From the NCBI RefSeq assembly GCF_000315625.1, contig NW_005434648.1, positions 186,001-250,000 of the forward strand: a stretch of 64,000 nt of DNA, read 5' to 3'. Numbering within the stretch: position 1 is the first letter of the stretch; every line of letters starts with the position of its first letter. The notes beneath the pieces are model-generated. The model had not been told where the DNA came from. It searched no databases and was given only the letters and a program-made list of their open reading frames with translations. Shown one piece after another: positions 12,903 to 28,152 of this stretch. The translations under genes and the position numbers were made by a program. This DNA is from Guillardia theta CCMP2712. Its lineage: Eukaryota; Protista; Cryptophyta.

Positions 12903-15512
12903 ATGAATCAGCAGCAGGGGGTACCAGGTCAAGGTGCAGGCAACATGCAATCAGGCCTTGCTATGCAGATGCAAGCGAATGTACAAACATCCCAAATGAT
13001 GCAGCCAGGTATGAACGTCTCTGGGAATGTTGGATTGCAACAGCCTGGCATGTCAATGTCGAATTTTCCTGCTCAATCAGGCTTCGAACGACTTGGTTCT
13101 CTGGTCGGCAACATGCAGGATGGCTTCACTAGGACTGGAAGTTCCTTCAACTCAGGGTTCGACCGACTGGGATCCAGCTCGGGTACCTTCGACAGAGTCC
13201 CTTCTGCAGTGAACCCCAACAACTTTGAGAGATTATCATCAGCAGTCAATCAGAATCAGCCCATCGACCGGCTGACGTCGATACCGCAGAACACTTTTGA
13301 AAGAGTGGTGTCAACTTCACATCAAGGGCAGTTTGAGAGGATAGGATCAGCGTTTCCTAACTCTCAAGGCGGACAATTTTTCAACCCCGGCTTTGATCGC
13401 TTGGGATCCATATCTGGGTTTGACCGTCTTGGATCAATAAGCATACCAAATCAAAATCCTGTAGACAATCTCAATGTCAACAACATGAATGATCCCAATC
13501 AAATGGGAAAGGGAAATATCTTTCCCCTGCAGAACAATATGGGTGGCCAAGGACAATTCACCAGGACGCCTTCGATTGGAATACCAGGACAGTTTCCGAC
13601 ATGGCTCGGAAACTCAGGACCAGGAGCAAATGTTTCCTCCATCAAGCCTGGAGTGGGGAATTCCGCGGGTGGACCGGTGTGTCTGTTGACACAGTTCACC
13701 TCAGCAGTCTAATCCTTACCGGTTACAGATGTCCAACCCAACTGGTGCTGAGTGGGGAGCTTTGCAGCGGACGATGAGCAGTGGCAACAATGCTTTTGGT
13801 CGAACAGCATCGGTGAGCGTCTGCCTGTTGTGCTGTCAAGGTCGGGCAGCCGTGTAATGGTGGTTAACCAGAGTGGATTCATCATGCCTGGCGACTTTGG
13901 TCCAGACAAGTCTCTTGCACCGGTAAGGATCTGAAGCTGTCGTTGCCAGTGCTCTGACATTCTTTTTTAGTGGGATACGGGTATGGGCAATGATGGAATG
14001 TGGATGGGAGGGATTCAAAACTTTCAGTCGCACATGCCTCCGGTACTTTGCAGCAATATACATTCATGGCCTGGTTGTATGACGTTGGTTTTCGGGAAAA
14101 GGGCATGCAACAACCCTCCATGCATCATTTTCCACAGCAGGTGGTTGAGCTTTTGTGTAGTTGTAAATTCGACTGACGTCCTGAGCAGGGCATGCAGGAC
14201 CCGCAGATGCAACAGATGCAGGTGGAGGGAGCAGATGTGCACGTGCTGTCAGAGACTGATAATTGTTGTTGGACAGGGAATGCAGAATCCTGGAAATCTT
14301 CAGGTTAGAAAGACCCAGATTCCATAAACATGAGCTGATCGAATGGGCAGGTTCCCTTTCAGAATCAAAGCATGCCATCGAATGGCTTGTACAACAACAT
14401 GGGGGATAAGGTGATAAAACTGGAACTCAATCGCCCGGGATTCATTCAACGATTTACAGATGGGCATGCCAAATGATGATTTCGAAGATAGAAAAGGAAA
14501 GAAGGTGAGATGAGATCTAGTTTTGTTTTTTTCCTCGGGATACCTGAAGTGTGAATGTCAGGGACGTAAACGAGGCAAAGGTGGAAGGGATGACGATGAC
14601 GATTCGGTTGGATAAGGACAAAGCTCTTTGCGGCAAGTAACATCTTGACCAGAATGGCATGCACAAGAGCCAGAAGATGCGTGGGGATTCGGACATGAAC
14701 GATGGGGTCGGGGGAGACGTGAGTTGCTGTTCCCAAAGAACGTATGATGTGCTCTGACGCTGAGCCTCCAGGGATTTGAAAAGCACAATCAATTTCTATG
14801 GGCCAAACGCATGGGGCAGCAGAACGAGCCTCGTTGGGGGCTGTTCAAACAGGTTTCCTCGTCCTCGTATCCCCGGCATGTCGCTGAGCAGTAGGGGCGG
14901 CAGGGAGGGAGCGCAGGGCCAGCATTCTTGAAGCTGTTGGAGGATCTCGAGAAGGATGGAGTGATTGAGAGACACTTGGATGCGAGAGTGCCGGAGAATC
15001 TTGGAGGTCAAGATATGAAACCTCACGTGTGACTCGCTGAGAGAGATGCTAGGTGTGTGTGGATGGACGGTGAAGGAAGGGATGATGGACGAGTGGCAAA
15101 GGAGACGACAGGTCGAGGCGCTGCTCGCCAAGGCCAGTCACACTGACGTCCTTTCAGGCATGGTTCATGGAGGGCAAGGAAGGAAAAGAGTGAGTAGAGA
15201 TTGTTTTCCCTTCGCCGCCTCACCTTGTCGTCAGGTACAAGCCGAACTCTCTCTATCAAATCATGAGGCGGCTGGGCTACTTTCCTACCATGAGGAGCAG
15301 GTGAGGACGATGTCTGTCGGCTTAGGAGGCAAATGACGTGGCTGTAGCCGAGCTGGCCATGGACACGACTTCGAGGGGAGCAGTGTTTTCCGATGGGACC
15401 CGGTGAGGTGGAGGAGCAGGGAGGAAGGAGGGAGTGACGTCGATGATAGGACCGTCGATATACGCAGAGACGGACAAAAGCAGGCGAAGGGAAGGGTCGC
15501 GTGATGGACTGA
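12903..15512 (+). CDS. Q/N/G/M-rich low-complexity protein with repeated F[DET]RxxS motifs and a small C-terminal globular (possibly winged-helix/HSF-like) domain; putative transcription factor
   Basis: Large exon from 12903 to about 13676, many short GT-AG introns, final exons QNEPRWGLFKQ LLEDLEKDGVIERH.. CGWTVKEGMMDEWQRRRQ .. YKPNSLYQIMRRLGYFPTMRS .. FRWDP DRRYTQRRTK..*. Confidence 0.6.
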
Positions 15513-15812
15513 GACAGGAGCTGCTGCTGTAGATGGGGATGATTGATCTTGGAGAAGTTTTATATCCCTTGCTGTTTCACAGGGACTGGTCTGTGAATGC
15601 GCCATGTGTCGATATGTTGCATTTTAATGAGTTATCAAGATTGTAACCTAAAACTCCTCCTCCTCATCCTCCTCCTCCTCCTCCTCCTCCTCCTCCTCCT
15701 CCTCTCTCATCTTCCTGTCAACGCTGATCCTTCCCCACCTTCCTCCTCTGTCCCTTTCATGTTTCTGCTTCCTTCCCGCTTCCTCCTGCAATGCCCTTCC
15801 CCTCTTATCCGA

Positions 15813-18186
<2,374 letters not shown>

Positions 18187-18510
18187 GGTTCTGATACTAC
18201 CTTGCTCGCTCCTCTTCTGAGGATACAGATGTGTTGGCTTTGCTCTCCTCTCCTCTCTGACTTGCTGAGATTCGAAGGCCTCACTGCGGTTCCCTCTTCT
18301 TCCTGCTATGTTCCCTTCCCCTCGTTCGCCTTTCTTTCTTCTCCCTTCAGCTCTCTTCCTCTCTTCCTCTCTTCCTCTCTTCCTCTCTTCCTCTCTTCCT
18401 CTCTTCCTTCTTCTTCTCTCTCCCACTCAGTATCTCCCTCCCTCACTCTTTCTCCCTCCTCCCCTCTTCTCTTCACAGAGCATGCGCTCTCAACTATGTA
18501 TCATCCCCCT

Positions 18511-19430
18511 CGTACCCGCCCCCAGTCGGGCCCCCGGACAGGCCCCCGGATCCGACGGCCCGGCGGGCCCGGCGGGCCCGGCTGATTGACCGTACCCGGT
18601 GCGAGTCGGTCGGACCGCCGGGGCGTCCGATACGGTCCGGGGCGATCTGCAGTGCGGGCGGCCGAGTCCGTCGGAGCCCGACGCAGTGCCGACCTTCCGA
18701 TCGACTCCCGACGCCCGCGGCTCAGGTCCGTACGGTCAGCGGACTGCGGCGCCCGGTACGGCCGTACCGCCCGGCCCCCCCGGCCCCCCCGGGGATCGGA
18801 CGGGCGGCGGGCAAACGGAAGTTCGGCGCGAGGCTCGACTTTTGACCGTTACTGTTAGCCCCCGAGTCAGTTATTAAGACGTTACATCCCCTCAGCGGCC
18901 GTTACACATGGGTTAAAACGGCGCAGTCACACCTCTGACGTCTCCAATGCCAAAGAGGGGGTGGGGTAACTACCCCTACCCTACATCGGAAATACCCACG
19001 GTTCAAAATCAGGTCCGAAGTGTACGACTGATCGGTCAAGTACCCCACACTTGGATAACATTTGCCCGCTTTCATACTACCCCCACCCCCAAGGAGGACA
19101 AACCTTTCAAAATCACCGGGTACAATGAAAAAACTGAAAAAAAGAAAAAAATCTTTCAAATCATCAGAGGCCCTCGCTTTCCCACCCCACCCCACCCTTG
19201 TCCCTGAACACAACCCCACTCTGTTTCTGTTGCCACCCCCTTTTGAAAGATCACCCCACCTCATTCGAGCAGTACCCACGTCATTTCATTTGATTACCCC
19301 TTATTTATAGTCATATATTTTTCATTTTGTAGGGGTCATGACAGTACCTTGCACGCTGTCTATTCACCCCACCCCTTCTTTTCTTACTACCTCACCCTAC
19401 TGATTTGAATGCTGTGGACCACCACCCCAC
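18511..19430. promoter_or_regulatory. Bidirectional promoter region (PCID2 / TALE gene): CCGG-rich island followed by TACCC/ACCCC-rich flank
   Basis: Lies between divergent starts 18186(-) and 19461(+); about a dozen CCGG in 18530-18795. Confidence 0.6.
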
Positions 19431-19460
19431 ATTTGCTTCTTGCCTTCGAGACCGCCAGGA

Positions 19461-21993
19461 ATGTCGGACGGGGAGGCAGAGCTCATGGCCCGGGACGCGG
19501 TGGAGGCCGACGCGGAGATGCTGCCGAGTGTTGGGATGATGGAGAGCGATAACTACAGAGAGGCTCCTCTCTCCTCCTCCTCCTCCTCCTCCTCCCTCCT
19601 CTCGCAGTCCTTGGAGGAGCTAGAGGATGAGTTCAACCGGCATGAGGTAGAGATTACCTCCTCCCTGTTCCTCCACCTCCATGTGAAAATTTCCTTTGAC
19701 GTCCAACTTCCCCTCTCGAGTCTGTCAAATCCTGCATCCTTGACTTCCTTTCCCTGTATTCTCTGCTCCCCTGCTCACGTTCCAACGTGGACTATAAGAA
19801 ATTCTATCAGCAGCCCACCCGCTGTTTTATGAGAGTTCTGACCTGGATGCGTCAACCCGCAGCTCCTGCGCATCCCTGGACTTGTTGGCTCCCTCATCAA
19901 CCTTGTGAAGAAGACGTCCGAGTCAGAGAGCTCCCTCACGCTGCAGCTCAACACCCAGGACGTGTCTGAGCCCGTGATGCAACAAATAAAGCTGATAGAG
20001 AATCAGTACGTGCTTCCTCACGCTTGAAGGTTTCATGCTGAGCTCTCTTACAGATTCAATTCCGAGAAGTGCAAAGTCGATCAGGTTCCCTCCCTCCCTC
20101 CCTCCCTCCCTCCCTCCCTCCCTCCCTCCCTCCCTTCTTCCCTCCTCCCAATGCTTCATGCCACCCGTCCCTCTCTCCCCTGCTCCCCTGTTTCACTGGA
20201 CCCGGACACGATGCAGCTGAGTTTGTCCATCTGTTTTCAGGTCTGCGAAGACGTCTGCCAACGGATGCGAACCATCCTGAACTCGCAGAGGAAGACGAGG
20301 CATGTGTCAGAGCAGGTACCGCGATGCCTCACTTGCTCCATGAAGATCGATGACCCTCGGACCTCTCAGGAGGAGAACGTACATTGCCAGGCCATCCAGG
20401 CCAAGTTCCAGTCTGTGAGGCTTCTCCTGCGAGACAGGCATGCGGCGGCCCGGCACAAGAGACTCTGATCGTCTTCCCACAGGTACCAGGAGTACGTCAA
20501 CGACTGTCTGAACCAGCTCAACCTCAACCCCGACGGGTCTGTCTCTCAAGTTCCTAGCGCAAGCCCGCACAAGCTCATCAAGTGAGATCTGTGCCAGCAG
20601 CTCTCGCGCTCCTGATCCCTGCTCGGCCCAGGCTCTCCGCTGGCAGTGCGGGCGAGTCAGGAAATGACAGTCAGCCGAGGAGGAAACGAGAAAATCTCCC
20701 GAAGCGCGCGATTGAGAAGCTGCTGGAGGTATGGAGGAGAGGGAGAGAGCTTTCTGTGTGCATCTGACCCTCCTTGCAAGTGGTTGAACCAGCATTGGGG
20801 GCATCCGTACCCTTCTGAGCAAGAGAAACAGGTTGGAACCATCTCTGCTTGTCCTCCTTGTGCCTCAACTTGCTGCAGACGCTGGCGGACGCGACTGGGC
20901 TGAATGTCATGCAAGTGAGCAACTGGTTCATCACTCACGAGTCCGTATCTGGAGGTGCGAACTCGCGTACATATCTCCTTGCTGCACACTTGTCCTGCCC
21001 TCCTCTACTCCTCTATCCCCTCCTCCTCCTCACCTGTCCTGCTCGCTCCCCTGGCCGACTCAATCTTCCTTCCCTTACTCTCTTTCACAGGCCCGAGATC
21101 CAGAAGCAAGCAGAAGCAGTGGTGTCGAAGCAGCAGAGCGCCTCTGCGGGCATGGGCTACGCGCTGCAGATACAGAAAGGTGACGTAGACGCGTCGACGG
21201 GGGGGGCTGCACTGACAGGGAAGCTGTAGGACTGAGAGGCTCCGTCCAGTTCCCTAGCGCCACGGACGCTCCTGGTGAGACTTCCAACGCCAGCTCGGAG
21301 GTCAGTCGCGCAATCTCCTGACATCCTTGCTGAGCCAGACTCGCAGGATGGTGGGCAGGTTGCGTCCAGGTCAGGGGAGGCTGAAAAACCTGCCAGGGAT
21401 GGTGGAGAGGAGGTGAAAGCAGGAGCGGAGGCGGAGGAGAAGAAGGCAGAGGTCAAGGAAGCAAGTAGCAAGGAAGCAGATGCAGCGGGCAAGCAGGAGC
21501 AAGGGGCGAGTGATCGCAAGAAGGAGAGCAAAAGTGAGCAGAAGCACAAGTCGGACGAGCAGGGCAGGGGGAAGGCCAAGACACAGGAGGAAGCGCAGGA
21601 GGACGATCAGTCAGGGAAGAAGGCCGAGGAGAGTGGCCCCGCCCAGAACGGGAAAGAGGAGGCCGGGAAGAGCAAGACGCGGTCCAAGTCCGCAAGCAAG
21701 CAAGCAGAGCCAGCGGCCAGCCCAGTCGTCAAGTTGCGGCCAAGGCGCTCGGTGATGTCACAGGCGCCATCTGCTGTTACTCACGGCTGGACTTGCAGAA
21801 GGCTGAGAGCCACGAGGAGGAGGAGGAGGAGGAGGAGACGAAGCCTGCAGCCGCCAAGAAGGTTGCGAGGCTGCGGCAATGCGAACGCTGACGTGAGTTT
21901 GTGCAGCGGAAAAAGGAGGAGGAGGCGAAGGTGGAGCAGAAGGGGCAGGGGAAGGGCACTGGTGCTCGCAAGGGCAAGACAAGACGGAGCTAG
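19461..21993 (+). CDS. TALE-class homeodomain transcription factor with PBC-B-like domain; apparent frameshift at about 20933
   Basis: RRKRENLPKRAIEKLLE WLNQHWGHPYPSEQEKQ TLADATGLNVMQVSNWFI(N)SRVRIWRPEI; upstream QIKLIENQFNSEKCKVDQVCEDVCQRMRTILNSQRKTRHVSEQEENVHCQAIQAKF; charged low-complexity tail. Confidence 0.88.
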
Positions 21994-22179
21994 AGGACGC
22001 GACTAGTCACGGGGCGTGATATGTACCATGTGATCAGAAGAGCAGGAAAGGTGTCGCCCCCATCCCCCTCCCCTCTCCCCCATTCCCCCGAAGAAAGAAT
22101 GTTGTCAAGCAATGAGTTGCGAGATTGTTTATTATTTAAAAGATGATAACATACATGAACATGTCGGTACCTTCCCTCC

Positions 22180-25100
22180 CTAGCTCCCTGCCTGATCGCT
22201 CTTGAACTCCTGCACCGCTTCCTGCACCTGCGGATCTCGTCAGTCCTATCTCCTCCTCCGGCCCCCTCCTCCTGCCCCCATCCCCTCCGCCCGCCTCCTC
22301 CTTTCCTCCTCTGCCTCCTTCTGCCTCTTCCCCCGTCACTCACTATGAGCTTCTGCAGCTGCAAGTCTGCGTCCTTCGGGATGCGAATCTGCTCGATGGC
22401 AGCCAAGACCTGAAGTGCCGGGTGACGTCAGCAGGAGGAAAGACGAGCGAGGAGAGCGAGGGTAGGTAGGAGAGGAGGAGAGAGCAAGGGAGTAAGAGAG
22501 GACGGAGCAAACGAGCGACGTAGAATTTGGAAGGGGAGGAGTGGGATGGAGGAGGGAGGATGGAGGATGGAGGAGGGAGGAGGGAGGAGGGAGGAGGGAG
22601 GAGGGAGGAGGGAGGAGGGGAAGAAGAGAAGATATTTGGAGTACCTTCTGCTCCGAGGGGAGCTCATCAGCAATGTTGCCAAGGAGGATTTTCAGAACGT
22701 CGTCTGACTCCTTGGCCTTGAGGCTTTAGAGAAATCAGAAGCTGATGATGAGAGGAGGGGAGGAGACAAGAGGAGAGGAGAGGAGGGGAGAGGAGAGGAG
22801 GGGAGAGGAGAGGAGAGGAGAGGAGGGGAGATGAGAAGCAGGAACTGAGTTCATGATGACCTTGGGGACAAAAGTTTGAGCATCCCGACAGCAACTCTGT
22901 TGATTTCCGTGAGATAAAAGGCAGGCAGAGGAGAAGAATGAAGAGAGGAGGGGGGAAAGCAAAGGAGATCAGAGCAGAAGACAAGGAAGCGTCAGGGGAG
23001 CGAGGGGGCAGCAGGAAATGACAGTGCTGCGAGGAGGCGAAAGTGAAGAAGGAGAGGAGCAGAGGACCTGTACAAGAAGATTTCGCCCTGCGAGAAGTTT
23101 CAATGCCGAGAAAAAAGATGCAAGGGATGAGCATGCCGGGAGGAAGGCAGCAGAAAGAGTAAAGATAAGGAGGAGGATGGTGAGGAGGAGGAGGAGGAGG
23201 AGGAGGAGTGGCGGGGGGCGGGGGGCGGGGGAGGAGGAGGAGGAGGAGGAGGAGGAGGAGGACCTGAACGAGGTAGATGTCCCACACGCGAGCGCACAGG
23301 GGCACAGGGAGCTGCTTGGCGAAGAGAGTGACAAACCAGAGGCTAACGTAGAGATCGGATCGAATCTGAAGGAGCGTGAGGGACAGCCCGGGAGGCGGGG
23401 AGAACAAAATACTCACCTCGAGGGAGTCAAAGAACTTGTAGAGGTCGTGGAGGTTGAACTGTAAGGGGTAAGGAGGGAGGAGAGGCAAGGCAGGTCGACC
23501 TGGAAGATGCGATCGAAGATCTGCATGCGTTGGAGGAGTGAGTTGGAGTTGTTCCTGCAGGTAGAGCCGTGAGGAGCGGGTGGTGGTGAAGGACTAGGAG
23601 GAGAGTGAGCGGAAGTGACGCGGGGGAGGGGAGAGAGGGAGAGAGGGAGGGAGGGAGAGGAGAAGGAGGAGCAAGAGGGGAGCAGGAGCAGCAGAAGCAG
23701 CAGGAGGAGCAGGAGGAGGAGGGGAGAGATTTCTCACCGGTAGAAGCATTGAAAGAAGGGTCGGGAGATGAGATTTGCAAGACACGTGAAGGCGGCAAAA
23801 TCGTCGTTACAGTGCAGGACAAAGATCGCCGCCTGAGCTGTGAGAGTGAGTGAAAGGCAAGAGGGTGGGGCAGAAGAAGAGGATGGCAACACGCGAGCAC
23901 AAGGCGGAGGAGAGCGAATGCTGGCAGAGACGAGGAGGAGCACGACAGGAGAGGAGGGAGGGGAGGAGACGATCGATGTGGAGGATTGAGGGACCTGAAA
24001 CGACATGCCTTGCACGTATCCAACATCCGGGCGGTAGTAACAGTAAGCTTCTGGAGTGAAATATCAGACACCGGAGACAACCATGAGAAGGGGAGAACGA
24101 AAGATAGGTGAAGCCAAGACAGTTTGAAGAAAGAAAGGGGAAAGAAAAGGAAGAGGTGGGAGGCAGAGAAGTGAAGGAAAGAAGGAGATGAGTAGAGAAG
24201 GACGGAGAAGCGAGGGGAAAACAAACGAAAGGAAAGAAGGGGATAGGAAGGACGGAAAAGGAGAGGGAGCGAAGGGAAGAGAAGGGGGAAGGAGGGACGG
24301 GAAGTGAAGGAGGGGGGGTCACCTAGGACGTCGCGCAGCTCATCGTAGAAAGGACCTGAAGGGTCAAAGAGCCCCAGGTGCGAGAGAGTCCTTGACAGGT
24401 CCGTCTGTTGACTCACGTCAACGTCACGAGTCAAGGAGGTGGCGGGTCAACCTGTACAAGCTTCGCGCTGTCCTCCCGGCCCAGGAATATCCCCCCTGCC
24501 ATAAGCAGGCGTGAGAGGAGCAGAGGACGGGCCCTAGAGGATAGGATGGGTGGGGGGAAGGGGGGCAAGGCGGAGGAGGATGGTGGGAGACTGTAGGATG
24601 CAGCAAGGGACTAGGGCAGAAGATCAGCGGCGTCCACGGATCGTGCAGGGAGCTGCAAGGAAGCAGCTGGGCATTCGGCCGTTACCTTCCTTCCTCAATG
24701 TCCGCGCCTGCCGTGAGGTGAGGGAACAGGGCGACGAGTCTCCTCACCGTACCTTGAGCTTGAGGATTGAGTAGAGGTCGCGATTCAAGTTGAGATTGTT
24801 GCCAATGGAGAGGGGCCAGATGTAACTGCGAGCGAAGGCACTGATGCCATCATGCACCAGGAGCGCGAGGGCCTGGGGGGAGGGAGATGACAAGAGTTGA
24901 CATGAAGCTCCTCCTCCTCCTCCTCCCTCTCACCTGACGCTTCCTTGGGCTCTTGCTCACATCCCCTCCTGTTTGCTCCCACTGTGGCAACTGGGGACAG
25001 AGGGTTCAGGGAGTGCATCAACTAGTCTTCCCCCTCCTCCTCCTCTTCCTTCCCTCCTCTCTTCTCTTACCATCTCATGCAGCCAGTATGCACATCCTCG

Positions 25101-28100
25101 CCAGAGAGAGGGGTCCGGCCTCCGCGGCAGATCGTCTTGAGAAGCACCATGCGCAGGCCTGTCAGGGGAGGAGAACGAGGAGGGATGGCTGCCGCTTGCT
25201 TCACTCGCGTGACCCTTGATGCCTTCGGAGTGACGGGGATGGGGCTGCTGGTAATCACGCGGCCTAGGAAAGCAGACAGCATCTATCTCGTCCCTCTCCT
25301 CCTCCCTCGAGTCGAATTGAGCTCGAGGGGACAAGAAACTCGCTCTCTGCACAAGCAACGAAGGAGTTACTCGATATATATAAACATCAACCGTTATCTG
25401 CTGACCGGCAGAACGTCCCGAGCATAGGAATCGATCTTGACGCTCCTCTGATAGACCTGCCTTGACCTTTCATCGCCTTCACTCTCACCGTTCCTATCAT
25501 GAGTGGTTTCCATCATGACGTTGGCAGTTTTTGAGGGCGTTGTGAAGTAGCGGATGAGATCAGGATGGAAGATATGATCGACCCTGACCTCTACCCCTGT
25601 CTTCACTGAGTTCCGAGGAGTGTTCTCTCCGAAGAGCGAAGAGAAGAAGTTCCCTGGCGCCTGCGAGGCAATCTTCTCGAGCATCGACTTCTGGCTCGGA
25701 TCAGGCTTGTGGAGCATGTCCAGCGAGATCGGCCGGTTGTTGTAGCGGAGGTTGTTCATCTCGAAGAAAGCACGGAAACAAGGCAAGACTGTCACTCCCG
25801 GGATCGCCATCAGCTGATCGAGGTACGCCTGAAGGTCCTGCAGCCTGCGCTCCACAACATCACTGAAACTAGCAGTCTTGTTGAACTTGAGCGAAAAGAT
25901 GCGCGGCGGCAGGAAGGGGACGTCAGCATTCACAAAACCACGGAAGGATCGCTGGAGACGGATGTGAAACATTCGAAACTGATTGTACCGTCGCTCGATG
26001 GACCAGGACAGTGCAGCATACCTTACAAGCACGCGGTAGAAACGAACTCCTTCGCGGACTTTGACCAGGTCGATGGTGGCATTCATCATGCCAGGGGTCT
26101 CGCTGGAGTTTTCTCTATGATAAAATATCGGGATGTTCTTTGCTACCGAAGGAGGGAGGCTCTCCATGTGCTCCCCATCGCACGTCACCAGCCCGGAAGC
26201 ATGCATCATCTGCAGCTCCGACACCAAGTCAAGTTTCTCGCGCGATTCGCTGTGCGATGAGTCCGACAGAGGTTGGGATGGAGAAATCTCCTTGTCCTCA
26301 CTGAGAGAAAAACTGACCGAAGACCGTTCCAGTTCTTCTCCTTCGTCCAGAGTTCTTCCAGGCGCCAACGACGCTTGAACGAGGGTCACTCCCCATCCGC
26401 ACGATACCTGCTTCACTATCTTGCCTTGCAAGGCTGAGACCACCTGAAAGCTCATCAGGTGCTGAACAGATGCATAGTCCTCCCAGGGAGCAAACCTTGG
26501 CACAAAGAATGCTGCTGCGATTCCCATGGCCGAGTTGACCCCAGTCACCCCTTCCCCATGTGAGCAAAGTCCCGTCATTTGTAACGGCAGCCGTGTGCGC
26601 CCCTGCCGGAGATCTCAGTCGACTTGACTTCCGTGCACTCAGTCCAGCAGGCTGGAGGCACAGACCTCCGCAAGATACTTCAACGATGTGAAGGTTTGCA
26701 TCGGCCATGGACTTCACGAGGACGGGTTCCAAGTGCGATTCTGCTAGCACCGTTACTCAGCCGTCAACGTCAGCCTCGGATTTACCTGTGGAACCGACTC
26801 CAAGTTGGCCGTGCTCGCCCAAACCCCAGGTCCAGACCGTTCCATTCTCACAACAGACAGCGGAGTGATCGTATGACCCGCTAGCCATCATCGCTTTCAT
26901 CCTGATTCTGTAAAGGCGATCGACGAATCTCGGCCTCCAGACATCCAGGACGTTGCCATGCCCCAGCCTTCCCGCGTTTCCACATCCCCACGTAAAAAGC
27001 TTCAAGTGAAACAGATCAGAAGAAGAGAAGATCAAAACCAACAACAAAGATCGGGTCTACCTTGCCATCGTCGTCGATCGCCATCGAATGCGTCCACCCC
27101 GCAGCGATGAAGGTGATCCTCTTACTTTCAAGGGAGGCGATGGGCTGAGGAAGCGAATAATTTCGACAGTTGCCGTGCCCAAGACGCCCGTTCGCGCCAT
27201 CTCCGAATGAGAAGACCTTTCCCTCTTTAGACAGCAGCAGAGTGTGCATCCCCCCGCAGGACGCAGAGACGACGAAGACGTTTGGCAGGTGCAGCTCTGA
27301 TGGCAGAGACCAGAGCCTCGAATACTGCTTCCATGAAGATACAAGGTGTCAGAAACACGACAAGGATCCAACTTCAGGCAGCATCCACCTGTACATTCCC
27401 TCCTAACGTCGCTTGACCTCTTGAGGCGGGTGGCAAGCTGGCTTCAGGCTGCTGTACACCAAGCTGCCCTTTGAGATTGCATCCGAACGCCAGAGCAATC
27501 CCTTCCGCGCATACCACAACTGTGTGCGCTCCTCCACAGGAAACTAGGTGGGCACGATTCCCGCAGTAAGCCTTGATAATGGAGAGTGCCCGCAAGACCC
27601 TGGAGGGAGGGAGGAAGAATCAGCAACCTCAACCGACATCCTCTCATGACTAGTGACTTCACCTCGGACGGGGAGTGGGGGAAGTGACCGACGTGTTGGT
27701 GGGATCGACGAACCTCCCGCTGATATCCAGAGAGTCTACGATCAGCCCGAGCCCCATCTCCTCAAACCTCGTCGCCAGCTGGTTCTTCCCTTTGTGGCTC
27801 CCCAGCTCTACGTCCCTGCCTAGCTGACCGAAGAAATTGGCACCCCAGGTGTAGACGTCCCCGAGGCCCGACACCAGCGCGGCGTGATACGGCCCAGCTG
27901 CAAGATGCGCCATGTTGAGATGCGAGACCTGCGGCAATGATCAGGCGCTCACGGGAGGATGGGTGCTGGCAGCACCGACTGGACTTCACGCGGAGTTAGC
28001 TCCTCGTCCTGCCCACGACCCTCGGAGTCTCCCAACCTCCCCATGATCCACATGGAGCAATCGTTGGGATCCCGCACCGTGTTCTTGTGGGCGATCGTCA

Positions 28101-28152
28101 CCATCAGCTGCCTCTTCGCCTGTCGGGCCTCGCTCCCCTCTGACGCTTGCAT
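22180..28152 (-). CDS. RCC1-repeat + PX + TBC (Rab-GAP, TBC1D12/14-like) multidomain protein
   Basis: RCC1 repeats (GDVYTWGANFFGQLG, GKVFSFGDGANGRLGHG, TWGRGDWGQLGHG); PX (ERRYNQFRMFHIRL..PFLPPR..VERRLQDLQAYLDQL); TBC (WLHEM LPQWE, GISAFARSYIWPLSIGNNL, DLSRTL, YRPDVGYVQGM, WFVTLF..RVWD); PX and TBC parts are joined by in-frame phase-0 introns. Confidence 0.82.

Noticed and set aside
18511-18870. GC islands as rRNA/tRNA fragments or MITEs
   Set aside because: No rRNA or tRNA signature, no terminal inverted repeats or target-site duplications, and the islands share words but no alignable sequence
25394-26578. Stand-alone PX protein ending at the 25394 stop
   Set aside because: A GT donor just before the stop and an in-frame downstream exon link it to the TBC domain
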